Below are positions 15,002 to 15,596 of a stretch of DNA of 15,596 bases, piece after piece. Within the stretch, counting starts at the first letter, position 1; the number at the start of each line of letters is the position of its first letter. The stretch comes from Gloeobacterales cyanobacterium (GTDB taxonomy: Bacteria; Cyanobacteriota; Cyanobacteriia; Gloeobacterales; PMM-0068). Position numbers and translations under genes: made by a program. The stretch spans positions 1 through 15,596 of the forward strand of contig JBBRSB010000049.1 in assembly GCA_038245785.1 (NCBI GenBank), read 5' to 3'. Under the pieces are notes generated by a model that saw nothing but the letters and a program-made list of their open reading frames with translations, ran no database searches and had not been told where the DNA came from.

Positions 15002-15073
15002 CTCATTCCTGCTCCCCAGTGATTTTACCCGGCCTAGATCCAGCGCTGTCTTCTCCCTGTTGGTTGTGTCAGA

Positions 15074-15596
15074 CTACTGCACGACTTCTTTGAAGAGCAC
15101 TGCAGCCAAGCTACAAATGGACTCTTCCCTTTCGACTAGACCACTAGCAGCAAACTTTTGGACCGTTTCAAGACAGTACTTCAGTAATCCTGCTTGCTGC
15201 TCTACCTTCGCTGCCAGCTCCTTCTTCTCTACATCTGTCCAGGGCCTCCATGTTTCCTGCGGCCCCTGTTGCCCTAAAGGGTCCCCGCGCAGCGTCTTGC
15301 CCGCTCTGTCGTGTCTGGCAGGCGTGGTCCCTGAGTTTAGCCTGAGCTCTGCCGTGTCCGGCAGGCGAAGCCGAGAAGGGCTCTGCCGAAGGGCTGCCGT
15401 CAAGGGCTGCCGGGGGCTATTACCCAGCCCTAGGGGCTTCGAAGCAGGTGAGGGGGAATCCAGAATTGAGTAGCCCTTACCGCTGGGGTTTTCAATAAGC
15501 TGAACCGGATTGCCTTTCCTCAGAGGAGTTAGCACCGCATCCCCTGGGTCGCCCCACAGTTTGATATCTTCCCCGTCCGGCATCGTAATCACCACA
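15074..15596 (-). CDS. Hypothetical protein, 5' end outside the window, with a repeat-rich central linker
   Basis: The frame is open to the window edge. Globular-looking N-terminal (IKLWGDPGD..L..LRKG..VQL) and helical C-terminal parts are separated by about 55 low-complexity residues. Confidence 0.7.
   Translation of the reverse strand, partial: VVITMPDGEDIKLWGDPGDAVLTPLRKGNPVQLIENPSGKGYSILDSPSPASKPLGLGNSPRQPLTAALRQSPSRLRLPDTAELRLNSGTTPARHDRAGKTLRGDPLGQQGPQETWRPWTDVEKKELAAKVEQQAGLLKYCLETVQKFAASGLVEREESICSLAAVLFKEVVQ
15303..15408 (+). repeat. Dispersed motif, tandem copies 4 and 5, plus a 13-bp-period AAGGGCT repeat
   Basis: GCTCTGTCGTGTCTGGCAGGCG (15303-15324) and GCTCTGCCGTGTCCGGCAGGCG-AAGCC-GAGAAG-GGCT (15346-15382). 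AAGGGCT occurs at 15376, 15389 and 15402. Confidence 0.78.

Noticed and set aside
14991..15473. 160-aa + strand ORF
   Set aside because: It is antisense to the better-supported minus-strand CDS, and its length is explained by the GC-rich repeats.

Overview
This looks like part of a mobilizable plasmid, probably cyanobacterial (inferred from the HigA, DUF6464-like, DUF3991/TOPRIM and Rpn-like protein types). Nearly all genes lie on the minus strand. From left to right: a higBA toxin-antitoxin pair; a serine resolvase with a res-like site; a 178-bp element bounded by 33-bp inverted repeats; and a large MobF relaxase-helicase fused to a DUF3991/TOPRIM primase-like tail. The relaxase apparently starts at a non-canonical ATT. 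It contains a completely nested 325-codon +1-frame gene for a coiled-coil, membrane-anchored protein, an arrangement resembling RSF1010 mobA/mobB but in a MobF gene. An F-like oriT nic site lies just upstream, followed by structured DNA. The putative leading region holds a J-domain-like membrane protein, a DUF5710-HNH nuclease, small ORFs, a doubly frameshifted ThiF/E1 pseudogene, an integron-type gene cassette between two attC sites (no integrase in the window), an array of four palindromes at ~40-bp spacing, a RecB-like PD-(D/E)XK nuclease and an Rpn-like gene with a possible internal start. A short hairpin-associated motif (GTGTCCGGCAGGCG) recurs at five places. All family assignments come from motif recognition by eye; no database searches were run.
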